Shown: positions 10,358-19,776 of the stretch, one piece after another
Position numbering within the stretch: position 1 is the stretch's first letter
Layout of the letters: the number at the start of each line of letters is the position of its first letter
Origin: Solirubrobacteraceae bacterium
GTDB lineage: Bacteria > Actinomycetota > Thermoleophilia > Solirubrobacterales > Solirubrobacteraceae
Assembly (NCBI GenBank): GCA_036267215.1
Contig: DATAWL010000057.1
Span: 12,102-76,101 of the forward strand
DNA: 64,000 nt
Direction: 5' to 3'
The notes under the pieces: generated by a model
Told to the model about the DNA's origin: nothing
The model's database searches: none
The model's input: the letters and a program-made list of their open reading frames with translations, nothing else
Made by a program: the position numbers and the translations under genes

Positions 10358-11398
10358 ATGAGCTCCACCGAGAAGACCGCCGCGCTCGACGACGAGCGCC
10401 AGATCTGGATGTTCACCCAGATGATGCGCATCCGGGAGTTCGAGGAGCGGGTCAAGCGCACGTTCGAGGACCACCCCGGAGTGATCCGTGGCCATACCCA
10501 TCTGGCCGACGGCGCCGAGGCGTCGATCGTCGGCTCGCTGGCCGCGATGCAGGACGGCGATCAGCTCATGGCCACGTATCGCTGCCACGGGTATCCGATC
10601 ACGCTGGGGACCAGCACCAACGCGATGATGGCCGAGATCTACGGTCGCACGGACGGCCTGTGCGGCGGCTATGGCGGCTCGATGCACCTCGCCGATCCCG
10701 AGCGCGGCTTTCTCGGCACCAGCGGCATCGTCGGCCAGGGCATCCCCCAGGCCACCGGCGTCGCGTTCGCCGCCCAGGTCCGAAAGCAGGGGCAGGTCGT
10801 CCTGTGCTTCTTCGGTGACGGCGCCTCCAAGCAGGGCGCCTTCCACGAGTCGCTCAACCTGGCGTCGCTGTGGAAGCTGCCCATCGTCTACGTGATGGAG
10901 AACAACGGCTACAACGTGGCGACGCATTCCGAGCAGGAGGATGCGAACGCCGCCCACGGCGAGCCGCTCTCCGTCAAGGCCAAGGCGTACAGCATGCCCG
11001 GCGTCACCGTCGACGGCACCGATCCGATCGCCGTCTACGACGCGGTCGGCGCGGCCGTCGATCGCGCGCGCGCCGGAGACGGGCCGACGCTGATCGAGTC
11101 CAAGGTCTACCGCCTCTCGGCCCACGGCAACCTCATCGCGCCGCCCGGCGTGCCGCTGCACTACCCCGAGCACGAGGCCATCACCGTGTTCGGCAACCGC
11201 GAGGAGTACGAGGCCGCCCGGCGCGGTGACCCGGTGCCGCGGTTCCGCGCGCGGCTGGTCGAGCAGGGCACGCTCAGCGCCGAGCAAGCCGATCAGATCG
11301 CCGAGAACGCCCGCGACGAGATGGAGGCCGCGGTCCAGTTCGGGCTCGACAGCCCGTTCCCCGAGCCCGAAGCGGCCGTCAACTTCGTCTACGCCTAG
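10358..11398 (+). CDS. ThDP-dependent dehydrogenase E1 alpha-like subunit 1
   Basis: TYRCHG, GGSMH, and GDGA...ENN ThDP-binding motif. Confidence 0.9.
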   Translation: MSSTEKTAALDDERQIWMFTQMMRIREFEERVKRTFEDHPGVIRGHTHLADGAEASIVGSLAAMQDGDQLMATYRCHGYPITLGTSTNAMMAEIYGRTDGLCGGYGGSMHLADPERGFLGTSGIVGQGIPQATGVAFAAQVRKQGQVVLCFFGDGASKQGAFHESLNLASLWKLPIVYVMENNGYNVATHSEQEDANAAHGEPLSVKAKAYSMPGVTVDGTDPIAVYDAVGAAVDRARAGDGPTLIESKVYRLSAHGNLIAPPGVPLHYPEHEAITVFGNREEYEAARRGDPVPRFRARLVEQGTLSAEQADQIAENARDEMEAAVQFGLDSPFPEPEAAVNFVYA

Positions 11399-11413
11399 GA
11401 GCCAGGAGACACG

Positions 11414-12394
11414 ATGGCACGAGAGATCCCCTACATCGCCGCGGTCAATGAGGCGATCCAGCAAGAGATGGCCCGGGACGAGACCGTCCTGTTCTACGGC
11501 CAGGACGTCGCCCCCTCCGACGAGGACCCGCTGGTCCAGGCGTTCAGCCGCGATCGCGTGCGCGTCTCCCCCATCTCGGAGACCGCTGAGATCGGCATGG
11601 CCGTGGGCGCGGCCCTGGCCGGATACCGGCCCATCGTCGAGCTGCTGATGGCCGAGTTCATGCTGGTGGCCATGAACCAGGTCGTCAACGAGGCGCCGCG
11701 CCTGCGCTACATGAGCGGCGGCCGGGTCAAGGTGCCGCTGGTGCTCAAGGCCGGCTACGGGTTCACCGCCGGCTGGGCCGGCCAGCACACCGGCTCGATC
11801 TACACGATGTTCGCCGGCATCCCCGGTCTCAAGGTCGTGCTGCCCTCGACCCCGGCCGACGCCAAGGGCCTGATGGCCTCGGCCGTCCGCGACGACAACC
11901 CCGTCGTCTACCTGATGCACTACCTGCTCGTGCTCGAGCACGGCGACGTGCCCGAGGGCGAGTACCTGGTGCCGATCGGCGAGGCGGCCGTCCGGCGCAG
12001 CGGCGGCGACGTCACCATCGTCGCCACCGGCTGGACCGTGGGCAAGGCGCTGGCGGCGGCCGAGACGCTGGCCGGCGAGGGCATCGAGGCCGAGGTCATC
12101 GACCCGCGCTCGCTGCAGCCGCTGGACATGCCGGCGATCCTCAGCTCGGTGGAGAAGACGGGCCACCTGGTCATCGCCGACCAGGCCACCCGCCACGCAT
12201 CCGCCGCCTCGATCATCGCCGCCGAGGTGGCCGAGCGCGGCTTCTCGTCGCTCAAGGCGCCGATCAAGCTGGTGACGGCGCTGGACGCCACGGTCCCCTA
12301 CAGCGAGCCGATGGAGGCCTACGTCCTGCCGGACGAGCACAAGGTCGCCGGCGCGGTGCGCGAGGTGCTGGGCACCGCTTCGGCGGTCGCCTGA
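11414..12394 (+). CDS. ThDP-dependent dehydrogenase E1 beta-like subunit 1 (divergent)
   Basis: PISE, GQH, PGLKVVLP, DPRSLQPLD; transketolase C-terminal domain. Confidence 0.9.
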   Translation: MAREIPYIAAVNEAIQQEMARDETVLFYGQDVAPSDEDPLVQAFSRDRVRVSPISETAEIGMAVGAALAGYRPIVELLMAEFMLVAMNQVVNEAPRLRYMSGGRVKVPLVLKAGYGFTAGWAGQHTGSIYTMFAGIPGLKVVLPSTPADAKGLMASAVRDDNPVVYLMHYLLVLEHGDVPEGEYLVPIGEAAVRRSGGDVTIVATGWTVGKALAAAETLAGEGIEAEVIDPRSLQPLDMPAILSSVEKTGHLVIADQATRHASAASIIAAEVAERGFSSLKAPIKLVTALDATVPYSEPMEAYVLPDEHKVAGAVREVLGTASAVA

Positions 12395-12395
12395 G

Positions 12396-13382
12396 GTGGC
12401 GCCCCGCGGGACGCGCGCGGCGCCCGCGCTCGATGCCGAGACGGCGCTGGACCTGCTGACGACGATGTGGCGGATCCGCTGCTTCGAGGAGCGGATGGCC
12501 ACGCTGCACCAGCGGCTGCTCGTCCACGGGCTGATCCACCTGAGCATCGGCTCCGAGGGGGTGGCCGCCGGCGTCTGCCGCCGGCTGCGCACCGACGACG
12601 CCATCTACAGCGGCCATCGCGCGCACGGCCACGTGCTGGCCAAGGGCGCACCGATGGACGGGGTGATGGCCGAGCTGATGGGACGCTCGGCCGGGCTGTG
12701 CCAGGGACTGGGCGGGTCGATGCACCTCGTCGACGTCGAGCACGGCGTGATGGGCGCCACCGGGGTCGTGGGCGGCAACCTGCCGATGGCGGCCGGCGAT
12801 GCGCTGGCGGCCAAGATCCGGGGCGAGGATCGGGTGACCGTCGTGTTCTTCGGCGACGGCGCGGTGCAGGCCGGGTATTTCAACGAGACCGTCAACCTGG
12901 CCGCGCTGTGGGAGCTGCCGCTCATCTTCGTGTGCGAGAACAACGGCTTCGCCGAGTTCACCCCGCGCTCGGCCCACACCAAGGTGGCCCGCGTCGTCGA
13001 CGCGGTCGCCCCCTACGACTTCGAGCGCCAGGTGGTGGAGGGCGCGGACGTCGGGGCGATCTGGACCGCGTTCGGCGGATACCTGGCTCAGGCGCGCGCG
13101 GGCGCCGGGCCGTTCCTGCTGGAGTGCATGACCCACCGCCGCCGCGGGCACTACGAGGGCGACCAGCAGGGCTATCGCGACGCCCTGGCCGACGCCGAAT
13201 GGGCCGAGCTCGACCCGATCGCCCAGCTCGAGAAGCTGGCCGCCAAGCGCCGCTGGATCAACGCGCGGCGCGCCCAGGCGGTCGCCGCGGCCGCCGACGC
13301 CGAGGTGGAGCAGGCGATCGCCTTCGGCCGCGCCAGCCCGCCCCTGGAGCCCGCGCAGGCGGCTGAGCTGGTGTACGCCTGA
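12396..13382 (+). CDS. ThDP-dependent dehydrogenase E1 alpha-like subunit 2
   Basis: GHRAHGH, GGSMH, GDGA...ENN, RGHYEGD (acetoin dehydrogenase AcoA-like). Confidence 0.9.
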   Translation: MAPRGTRAAPALDAETALDLLTTMWRIRCFEERMATLHQRLLVHGLIHLSIGSEGVAAGVCRRLRTDDAIYSGHRAHGHVLAKGAPMDGVMAELMGRSAGLCQGLGGSMHLVDVEHGVMGATGVVGGNLPMAAGDALAAKIRGEDRVTVVFFGDGAVQAGYFNETVNLAALWELPLIFVCENNGFAEFTPRSAHTKVARVVDAVAPYDFERQVVEGADVGAIWTAFGGYLAQARAGAGPFLLECMTHRRRGHYEGDQQGYRDALADAEWAELDPIAQLEKLAAKRRWINARRAQAVAAAADAEVEQAIAFGRASPPLEPAQAAELVYA

Positions 13383-14389
13383 TGGCGGAGAGCACCTACG
13401 TCAAAGCCATCAACGCCGCCCTGGCCCAGGCCATGCGCGCGGATCCGCGGGTCATCGTGCTGGGCGAGGATGTGGCCGAGGGCGGCCCGTACCTCGCCAC
13501 CGAGGGCCTGGCCGACGAGTTCGGTCGCCGGCGGGTCCTCAACACGCCGATCTCGGAGAGCGCCGTGGCCGGGATCGCGGTCGGCGCCGCCCAGGCCGGG
13601 ATGGTGCCGGTCGTCGAGATCATGTTCATCGACTTCATCACGCTCGCGCTCGACCAGCTGGTCAACCAGGCGGCCAAGGCGCACTTCATGTCCGGGGGCC
13701 AGTTGCGTGTCCCGATGGTCATGCGCACCCAGGGGGGCGCGGGCGGCCGGGCCGGCGCGCAGCACTCGCAGAGCCTGGAGGCCTGGCTGACCCACATCCC
13801 CGGGCTCAAGGTGGTGATGCCGGCGACCGGTGCCGACGCCGCCGGGCTGCTGCTCAGCGCGATCGCGGATCCCAACCCGGTGGTGTTCATCGAGAACAAG
13901 TCCCTCTACTACCGGCGCGAGACGATCCCCGACGCGCCCGAGCCGCTGCCGATCGGCCGGGCCCATACGCTGCGGCGCGGCCGGGACGTGACGATCGTCG
14001 CGCTGTCGCGCATGGTCGGCGAGGCGATGACCGCCGCGGAGCGGCTGGCCGCCGACGGGATCGAGGCCGAGGTCATCGACCCGCGCACGCTGGTGCCGCT
14101 GGATCTCGAGCCGATCGCGGACTCGGTCCGGCGCACCGGCCGGGCGGTCGTCGCCCACGAGGCGGTCCGCACCGGCGGGTTCGGGGGCGAGCTGGCGGCC
14201 GAGCTGCAGGCGGCGGCGTTCGATTACCTCGACGCCCCCATCCAGCGGGTCGGGGCGCCGTTCATGCCGGTCCCGCTCAGCCCCACCCTGGAGGACGCCT
14301 ACCGGCCGGCCGCCGCTCAGATCGAGGCGGCGGCCCGCCTCGCGATCCAGTGGGCCGACGTCACCGAGCCCGTCCCGTTGCGGGACTGA
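13382..14389 (+). CDS. ThDP-dependent dehydrogenase E1 beta-like subunit 2
   Basis: GEDV, TPISE, EIMFIDF, GAQHSQS (AcoB/PdhB-like). Confidence 0.92.
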   Translation: MAESTYVKAINAALAQAMRADPRVIVLGEDVAEGGPYLATEGLADEFGRRRVLNTPISESAVAGIAVGAAQAGMVPVVEIMFIDFITLALDQLVNQAAKAHFMSGGQLRVPMVMRTQGGAGGRAGAQHSQSLEAWLTHIPGLKVVMPATGADAAGLLLSAIADPNPVVFIENKSLYYRRETIPDAPEPLPIGRAHTLRRGRDVTIVALSRMVGEAMTAAERLAADGIEAEVIDPRTLVPLDLEPIADSVRRTGRAVVAHEAVRTGGFGGELAAELQAAAFDYLDAPIQRVGAPFMPVPLSPTLEDAYRPAAAQIEAAARLAIQWADVTEPVPLRD

Positions 14390-14427
14390 CGGGCCGCTCG
14401 CGCGCACGCATCGCGACGTCGGTGCCA

Positions 14428-14446
14428 CGCGCCCGCGACGGGCGCG
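14428..14446. terminator. GC hairpin between convergent genes, possible terminator
   Basis: CGCGCCCG-CGA-CGGGCGCG, a perfect 8-bp stem; no U-tract. Confidence 0.3.
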
Positions 14447-14471
14447 CTGGATCGGACCGGCTCGGGCCCGA

Positions 14472-15275
14472 TCAGGCCGGCTCGGGCTCGACCGCCGGCT
14501 TGCCGTCGACGGCGCCCTCGGACTCACCGTCGGACGCGGGGGGGTCCGGGAAGGCGATCAGCGACGCGCCCGGCAGCCGGTCGCGGACGTCGCGATGGTC
14601 GATCACGATCTCGAGGTTGGCCAGCGCCAACCGCGCGTGCTCGCGGGCCAGGCTCTCGGCCCGGGCGCCCTGGCGGCGCTCGATCGCCTCGATCAGACCC
14701 GCGTGGTGGCGGTAGGCGAGGACGAGGATGTCCCGGGAGGCCGGCAGCTCCGCCTCCGCCAGCACGAACGCGCTCGGGCCGGCGAACGGGAGCGAGACGA
14801 CGCCCTCGATGGCGCGCACGAGCAGCGGGCTGCGGGCCATCTTCAGCAGGCGGGCATGGAAGGCCTCGTTGAGGTGCAGGTAGCGCTCGAAGGACTCGTA
14901 GTCGTTGCGCCGCACCAACTTCTGGATCGTCTCGTTGGTCGCCCGGAGCGCGCTCAGGTCACGCGCCGAGGCGCCGCGCTCGGCGGCGAACCGCGCGGCG
15001 GTGCCCTCGAGGACTCCGCGCAGCTCGATGGCGTCGCGGACGTCGCCCTGGGTGAACTCGCGCACGACGTACCCCCCGGCGGGCAGGCTCCGCAGCAGGC
15101 CCTCGTGCTCGAGCTCGGCCAGGGCCAGGCGCAGCGGGGTGCGCGAGACGCCCAGCAGCGCCACCAGGGGCAGCTCGGACATGCGCTCCCCCGGCGAGAA
15201 ATGTCCGTTGAAGATCATCTCCCGCAGCCGGAGGACGGCTTTGGTGATCTGAGTTCGGTGCGCTGGCCTGGGCAA
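14472..15275 (-). CDS. GntR/FCD-family regulator (VanR-like)
   Basis: TQITKAVLRLREMI...GVSRTPLRLAL wHTH; NEAFH and HHAGLIEAIERRQGARAESLAREH FCD motifs. Start uncertain (TTG 15275; ORF is open to 15380). Confidence 0.88.
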   Translation of the reverse strand: MPRPAHRTQITKAVLRLREMIFNGHFSPGERMSELPLVALLGVSRTPLRLALAELEHEGLLRSLPAGGYVVREFTQGDVRDAIELRGVLEGTAARFAAERGASARDLSALRATNETIQKLVRRNDYESFERYLHLNEAFHARLLKMARSPLLVRAIEGVVSLPFAGPSAFVLAEAELPASRDILVLAYRHHAGLIEAIERRQGARAESLAREHARLALANLEIVIDHRDVRDRLPGASLIAFPDPPASDGESEGAVDGKPAVEPEPA

Positions 15276-15369
15276 GGGGGGATCGCCACGCCGCTGAAAC
15301 GAGGGCGCCCGGGCGCGTCTGCCGCGGGTGGCCGCATGGCGGGCGCGGGCAGTGTAGTCGCCTTCCGGC

Positions 15370-15444
15370 GCTGCATGCAAGAAATCCGGGCATCCGTATG
15401 TTCAGGCCCGGATTGAGCCCGTGTTACCCGTTGTTGCATGCAGC
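15370..15444. promoter_or_regulatory. Candidate GntR operator pair in divergent promoter
   Basis: GCTGCATGCAA (15370-15380) and its exact reverse complement TTGCATGCAGC (15434-15444), each with a TGCATGCA palindrome. Confidence 0.55.
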
Positions 15445-15522
15445 ACGAGGCGCGATTACTATGCACCCCGGCCTCGAGCGGATCTCGAGGTGCGGCAAGA
15501 CACCCTGAGGAGAGGAGAGTCG

Positions 15523-16896
15523 GTGAGCATCAATGACGCCGTGCCGCGCATGCGAGTCGGACTCGCACTGCTCGCGGCACTAGCGCTCGTAGCGCTGGCG
15601 GGATGCGGGAGCAGCAGTAACAGCAGTTCATCGAGCGCCGCCGCCAGCGCCAGCTCGAGTTCGTCAAGCGCCCCGGCGGCAACGAGCAGCAGCAGCGCCG
15701 CCGCGAGCGCAAGCACCGATACGTCGTCCTGTGGTCCCAAGCCGGGCGTCAAGGCCACCGGCAGCCCGATCGCGCTCGGAGCGATCAACGTCAAACAGCC
15801 GGGGACGGACTTCACGGACATCTCGAACATGGCCGCGGCCTACTTCACCTGCGTCAACAACAACGGTGGGGTCAACGGTCACCCGGTCAAGCTGTATGCC
15901 GTGACGGACCAGACGAACCCGTCGCAGATCGCAGCCGACGCCAAGCAGCTCGTTCAGAGCGACCACGTGCTCGGCATCGCCGGGACCTCGGACATCATCG
16001 AGTGCTCCATCAACAGCGCCTATTGGCAGAAGCTCGGATTCAAGGTGATCGCCGCCGGCATCGCCCCCGAGTGCTACTCGACGCCCAACTATGCGGACGT
16101 CAACATGGGCCCGCGCTACAGCTCGGATGGCGCCGCGCAGTACGTGATCGCCCACGGCGCCAAGAAGATCGTGTTCGATCAGTCCAACGTGCCGGGCACC
16201 TCCTACAACGTGGGCGGCGTGATCGCCGTCGCCAAGGCGGCCAACGTCCCGGAGACCAGCCTGACCGAGAACGTCCCGATCCAGGACGCCAACGCAGTGG
16301 CCATCAAGGAGGTCGACGACGCCGGCTCCGACGGCGCGGTGGTGCTCAACTTCACCCCGCCCGAGGCGCTGGTCATCCTCCAGGCCGCCCAGAAGCTCGG
16401 CCTCGAGAACCGGGTCAAGATGTGGGCCTGCTCGACCCCGTGCAACACGGACTTCCTGGCCAAGGCGCTGGGACCGAAGTGGGAAGGTCACTTCTTCGTC
16501 AACGCAGAGCTGACCGACGTGGACGTCACCAACACGCCCACGGTGAACCTGTACAAGGGGATCCTCAAGCAGTACGGTTCGGCGGTGTCGGGCGGCATCG
16601 GCAGCTTCAGCCAGATGGGCTTTACGATCGCTGAGATCGCCACCCACGCGCTGGAGACGGTCAAGGGGCCGTACACGGTCAAGAGCGTCAACCAGGCGTT
16701 CGAGAACGTGAAGAACTACAACACCGGGATGCTGTGCGAACCGTGGACCTACGGGCCATACGCATTGCACATCGCCAACAACGTCGACTACACCGTGACA
16801 CCGAAGAACGGTCAGATGGTGGTCGCCCAGGGATGCACGCCGATTTCGGCGGTCGACCCCGGCATCGCCCAGTACCGGAAGGCGGTCGGCGGCTGA
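15523..16896 (+). CDS. ABC substrate-binding lipoprotein (LivJ-like, periplasmic binding family 6)
   Basis: GTG after AGGAG; lipobox LAGC; Ser-rich linker; VNNNGGVNGHPVKL. Confidence 0.88.
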   Translation: MSINDAVPRMRVGLALLAALALVALAGCGSSSNSSSSSAAASASSSSSSAPAATSSSSAAASASTDTSSCGPKPGVKATGSPIALGAINVKQPGTDFTDISNMAAAYFTCVNNNGGVNGHPVKLYAVTDQTNPSQIAADAKQLVQSDHVLGIAGTSDIIECSINSAYWQKLGFKVIAAGIAPECYSTPNYADVNMGPRYSSDGAAQYVIAHGAKKIVFDQSNVPGTSYNVGGVIAVAKAANVPETSLTENVPIQDANAVAIKEVDDAGSDGAVVLNFTPPEALVILQAAQKLGLENRVKMWACSTPCNTDFLAKALGPKWEGHFFVNAELTDVDVTNTPTVNLYKGILKQYGSAVSGGIGSFSQMGFTIAEIATHALETVKGPYTVKSVNQAFENVKNYNTGMLCEPWTYGPYALHIANNVDYTVTPKNGQMVVAQGCTPISAVDPGIAQYRKAVGG

Positions 16897-16958
16897 CGCC
16901 GGCCGTCGCGAGCAAGCTGGATTAGCGACCACGACGATCAGGGAGCCGAGCGAAGCCG

Positions 16959-17855
16959 ATGCCAAGCTGGGAGGACTTTCAGCCGTTCATCGTCACCGGA
17001 TTGGCCCTGGGGGGCGTCTACGCCCTCTCGGGGGTGGGGATGGTCGTCCTCTACCGGGCGACCGGAGTGCTGTACCTGGCCTTCGGCGCGGTCGGCGCGT
17101 TCGGCGCCCTGATCTCGTGGCAGCTGATCAACAGCTCACACCTCAACCAGTGGCTCGCCTACCTGATCTGCGTGTTGTTCGCAGGCGTGGTCACATTGCT
17201 GTACGGGATGGTGTTCGGCCCGGTGCTGGCCCGCCGTGACCCGCTGGTCAAGGCGACCGCCACGCTGGGCCTGACGCTCATCCTGCTCGGCGCGATGGAT
17301 CTGCTGTGGCCCTCGAGCGGGGGTCAGTCGCGGGCGATCACGCTGCCCACCGACAACAGCGGGTTCATGGTCGGCCAGGTCCAGGTGACCTGGACCGACG
17401 TGATCGGATTGGCCGTCGGCGTGGTCATGACCGCCGTAACCGGAGCGTTCCTGCGCTTCACCAAGCTGGGCACGACGATGCGGGCGATGGCCAACGACCG
17501 GGAGATCACCGCGACCCTCGGGGTGCCCGTCCGGCGCGTGGAGGCGGCCGCCTGGTTCGGCTGCGGCATCCTGTCGGGCATCGCCGGCATCCTGCTCGGC
17601 GACCTCGTCGCGCTGGACCCGACCACCCTGACGTTCCTGGTGATCTCCTCGCTGGCGGCCGCGCTGATCGCGCGATTGCGCTCGATCACGTTGACATTCC
17701 TGGCGGCGATCGTCATCGGCCTGGTCGACTCCTGTATCACCCCGATCCAGTCGCTGACCAACTACCGGGACATGACGCCGTTCGTACTGGCGGCCATCGG
17801 GCTGCTGTGGGTCAATCGCCACCGCACGATCAGCGTGACCCGACAGGGGGTGTGA
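16959..17855 (+). CDS. Branched-chain amino acid-type ABC permease (LivH-like)
   Basis: GLALGGVYAL, TGVLYLAFG, TKLGTTMRAMA. Confidence 0.9.
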   Translation: MPSWEDFQPFIVTGLALGGVYALSGVGMVVLYRATGVLYLAFGAVGAFGALISWQLINSSHLNQWLAYLICVLFAGVVTLLYGMVFGPVLARRDPLVKATATLGLTLILLGAMDLLWPSSGGQSRAITLPTDNSGFMVGQVQVTWTDVIGLAVGVVMTAVTGAFLRFTKLGTTMRAMANDREITATLGVPVRRVEAAAWFGCGILSGIAGILLGDLVALDPTTLTFLVISSLAAALIARLRSITLTFLAAIVIGLVDSCITPIQSLTNYRDMTPFVLAAIGLLWVNRHRTISVTRQGV

Positions 17856-18976
17856 CCGTGTCGAGCGTCGACGCCGAGCGCCCGGCCCGGGACGCGCCCG
17901 AGGCGTCCGGGTCGCCCGGCGGATCCGCCCCCGCGCCCGGGGGCCTGGCCGGCCTCGACCTGCGCGACCTGCTGAAGCCGGCGATCATCGCCGTGCTGCT
18001 TCTGTTCGTGCTGGTGGGGCTGCCCCAGCTGTTCACGCTGTACTACATCGACGCGTCCACACAGGTGGCCGTCTACGCGATCGTGGCCCTGGGCCTGGGC
18101 CTGCTCGTCGGCCGGGTCGGCATGGTCTCGCTGGGCCAGGCGGCCGTGCTGTCACTGGGCGCGTGGGTCGCCGCACGGCTTCTGTTCGGGACCGGGCTCC
18201 CGTTCGAGGTGGTGCTCCTGGCCTCCGGCGTGATCACGATGGTCCTGGGGACCCTGGTCGGCCTCCCGGCGCTGCGCCTGAGCGGCCTGTACCTGGCGCT
18301 GATCACGCTGATGCTGGCCGGCGCGATCACGGTGGTGCTCGCCACGACCAACTTCCCCAACGGCGGCCATGGCTTCCTGGGCTACAACGGCAACTCGGTG
18401 CACATCCCGCCGATCCGCCGTCCGGGCATCGCCACCACCGACCCGGCGTTCTTCCGCTACTCAGTGATCGTCGCCGTGATCATGTTCCTGCTGGTCCTGG
18501 TCCATCTGCGCGGCAAGCCGGGCCGCGCCTGGGTCTCGATCCGGCAGAGCGAGTCCGCCGCGCTGGCCGCGGGCATCAACACGACCATGTACAAGCTGTG
18601 GGCGTTCGCGCTGGCTTCGTTCATCACCGGGGTCGCCGGTGGCCTGCTGGCCGGCGCCGACAAGTACCTGTACTCGATCAACTTCCAGACCCAGGACTCG
18701 ATCACGCTGCTGGCGGTGGTCCTGATGGGCGGCGTGTTCAGTATGTGGGGCGCGATCATCGCCGCGATCCTGATGCAGTTCTTCCCAGCGCTGCTCCAGA
18801 ATCTGGGCGTGTCGCCCGACTGGCTGACGATCCTGTTCGGCGTCGGCGTGCTCCAGGTCCTCGCCACCGCGCCTGCGGGGATCGTCGAGCAGTTCCCCAA
18901 GGACATGGCCCGGCTGTACCGGCTGATCACCCGCGGGAGACGAAGAGCCGATCCGAGCGTGGAGGCCTCGTCATGA
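17852..18976 (+). CDS. ABC permease (LivM-like)
   Basis: GMVSLGQAA, RLSGLYLALITL, GRAWVSIRQSE. GTG start at 17852 or 17858. Confidence 0.9.
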   Translation: MTVSSVDAERPARDAPEASGSPGGSAPAPGGLAGLDLRDLLKPAIIAVLLLFVLVGLPQLFTLYYIDASTQVAVYAIVALGLGLLVGRVGMVSLGQAAVLSLGAWVAARLLFGTGLPFEVVLLASGVITMVLGTLVGLPALRLSGLYLALITLMLAGAITVVLATTNFPNGGHGFLGYNGNSVHIPPIRRPGIATTDPAFFRYSVIVAVIMFLLVLVHLRGKPGRAWVSIRQSESAALAAGINTTMYKLWAFALASFITGVAGGLLAGADKYLYSINFQTQDSITLLAVVLMGGVFSMWGAIIAAILMQFFPALLQNLGVSPDWLTILFGVGVLQVLATAPAGIVEQFPKDMARLYRLITRGRRRADPSVEASS

Positions 18977-19776
18977 TCGAGGTGTCGGATCTGACGGTGA
19001 AGTTCGGCGGCGTCACGTCACTGGACGATATGAGCGTGACGTTCGAATCGGGCACCTGTGGGCTGATCGGCCCCAACGGCGCCGGCAAGACGACGTTCTT
19101 CAACGTCCTCTCGGGCTTCGTCCGACCCGCCTCCGGAAGCATCAAGGCCTTCGGCGACGACCTGCTGCGGATGGCTCACTTCCGCCGCGCCCGCTGGGGG
19201 CTGCGCCGGACCTTCCAGACCGAGCAGGCGATCGAAGAGCTGTCGATCTACGACAACGTCGCCATGATCCACGAGCACTCCCGGCTGGGCCGGGCCACCC
19301 GCCGTCAGGACGTGCTCGGCGCGATCGAGCTCGTCGGGATCCAGTCCGATCCGGAGACCAAGGTCCGGACGCTGGGCGCGGGCGAGCGGCGCCTGGTCGA
19401 GGTGGCGCGGGCGCTGGTCGGCCGCCCCAAGGCGGTACTGCTCGATGAGCCGGCCGCCGGGCTGCCTGACGAGGAGACCGCGCACCTGGGCGAGGTCATC
19501 CGCCATATCCCCGAGCACACGGGGGCGATGGTGATCCTGGTGGACCACGACATGAGCCTGGTGTCGAGCTGCTGCACGGTCACGTCGGTGCTCGACTTCG
19601 GCAAGCTGATCGCGTCGGGCCCGACCGGCGAGGTGCTCCGGGACCAGCGCGTCGTTCAGGCCTATCTGGGCGGCGAGGCCGCCACCGCGGCCGAGGCGAG
19701 AGCAGGCGGCCGCGGTGCCGGCGGCGGCGGGAGCGCCATCGGCGAGGCGAGCACGGCGACCGAGGACGGCGCATGA
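18973..19776 (+). CDS. ABC ATPase (LivG-like)
   Basis: GPNGAGKTT, RTFQ, LLDEPAAGL, AYLG. Confidence 0.9.
   Translation: MIEVSDLTVKFGGVTSLDDMSVTFESGTCGLIGPNGAGKTTFFNVLSGFVRPASGSIKAFGDDLLRMAHFRRARWGLRRTFQTEQAIEELSIYDNVAMIHEHSRLGRATRRQDVLGAIELVGIQSDPETKVRTLGAGERRLVEVARALVGRPKAVLLDEPAAGLPDEETAHLGEVIRHIPEHTGAMVILVDHDMSLVSSCCTVTSVLDFGKLIASGPTGEVLRDQRVVQAYLGGEAATAAEARAGGRGAGGGGSAIGEASTATEDGA

Noticed and set aside
10358-14389. Housekeeping pyruvate dehydrogenase pdhAB or acetoin dehydrogenase acoAB
   Set aside because: Duplicated, divergent and lacking E2/E3; symbols withheld.
15612-15715. AGC/TCG-rich tracts in lipoprotein genes (also about 43080-43155) as DNA repeats
   Set aside because: They encode ordinary Ser/Ala linkers after the lipobox.
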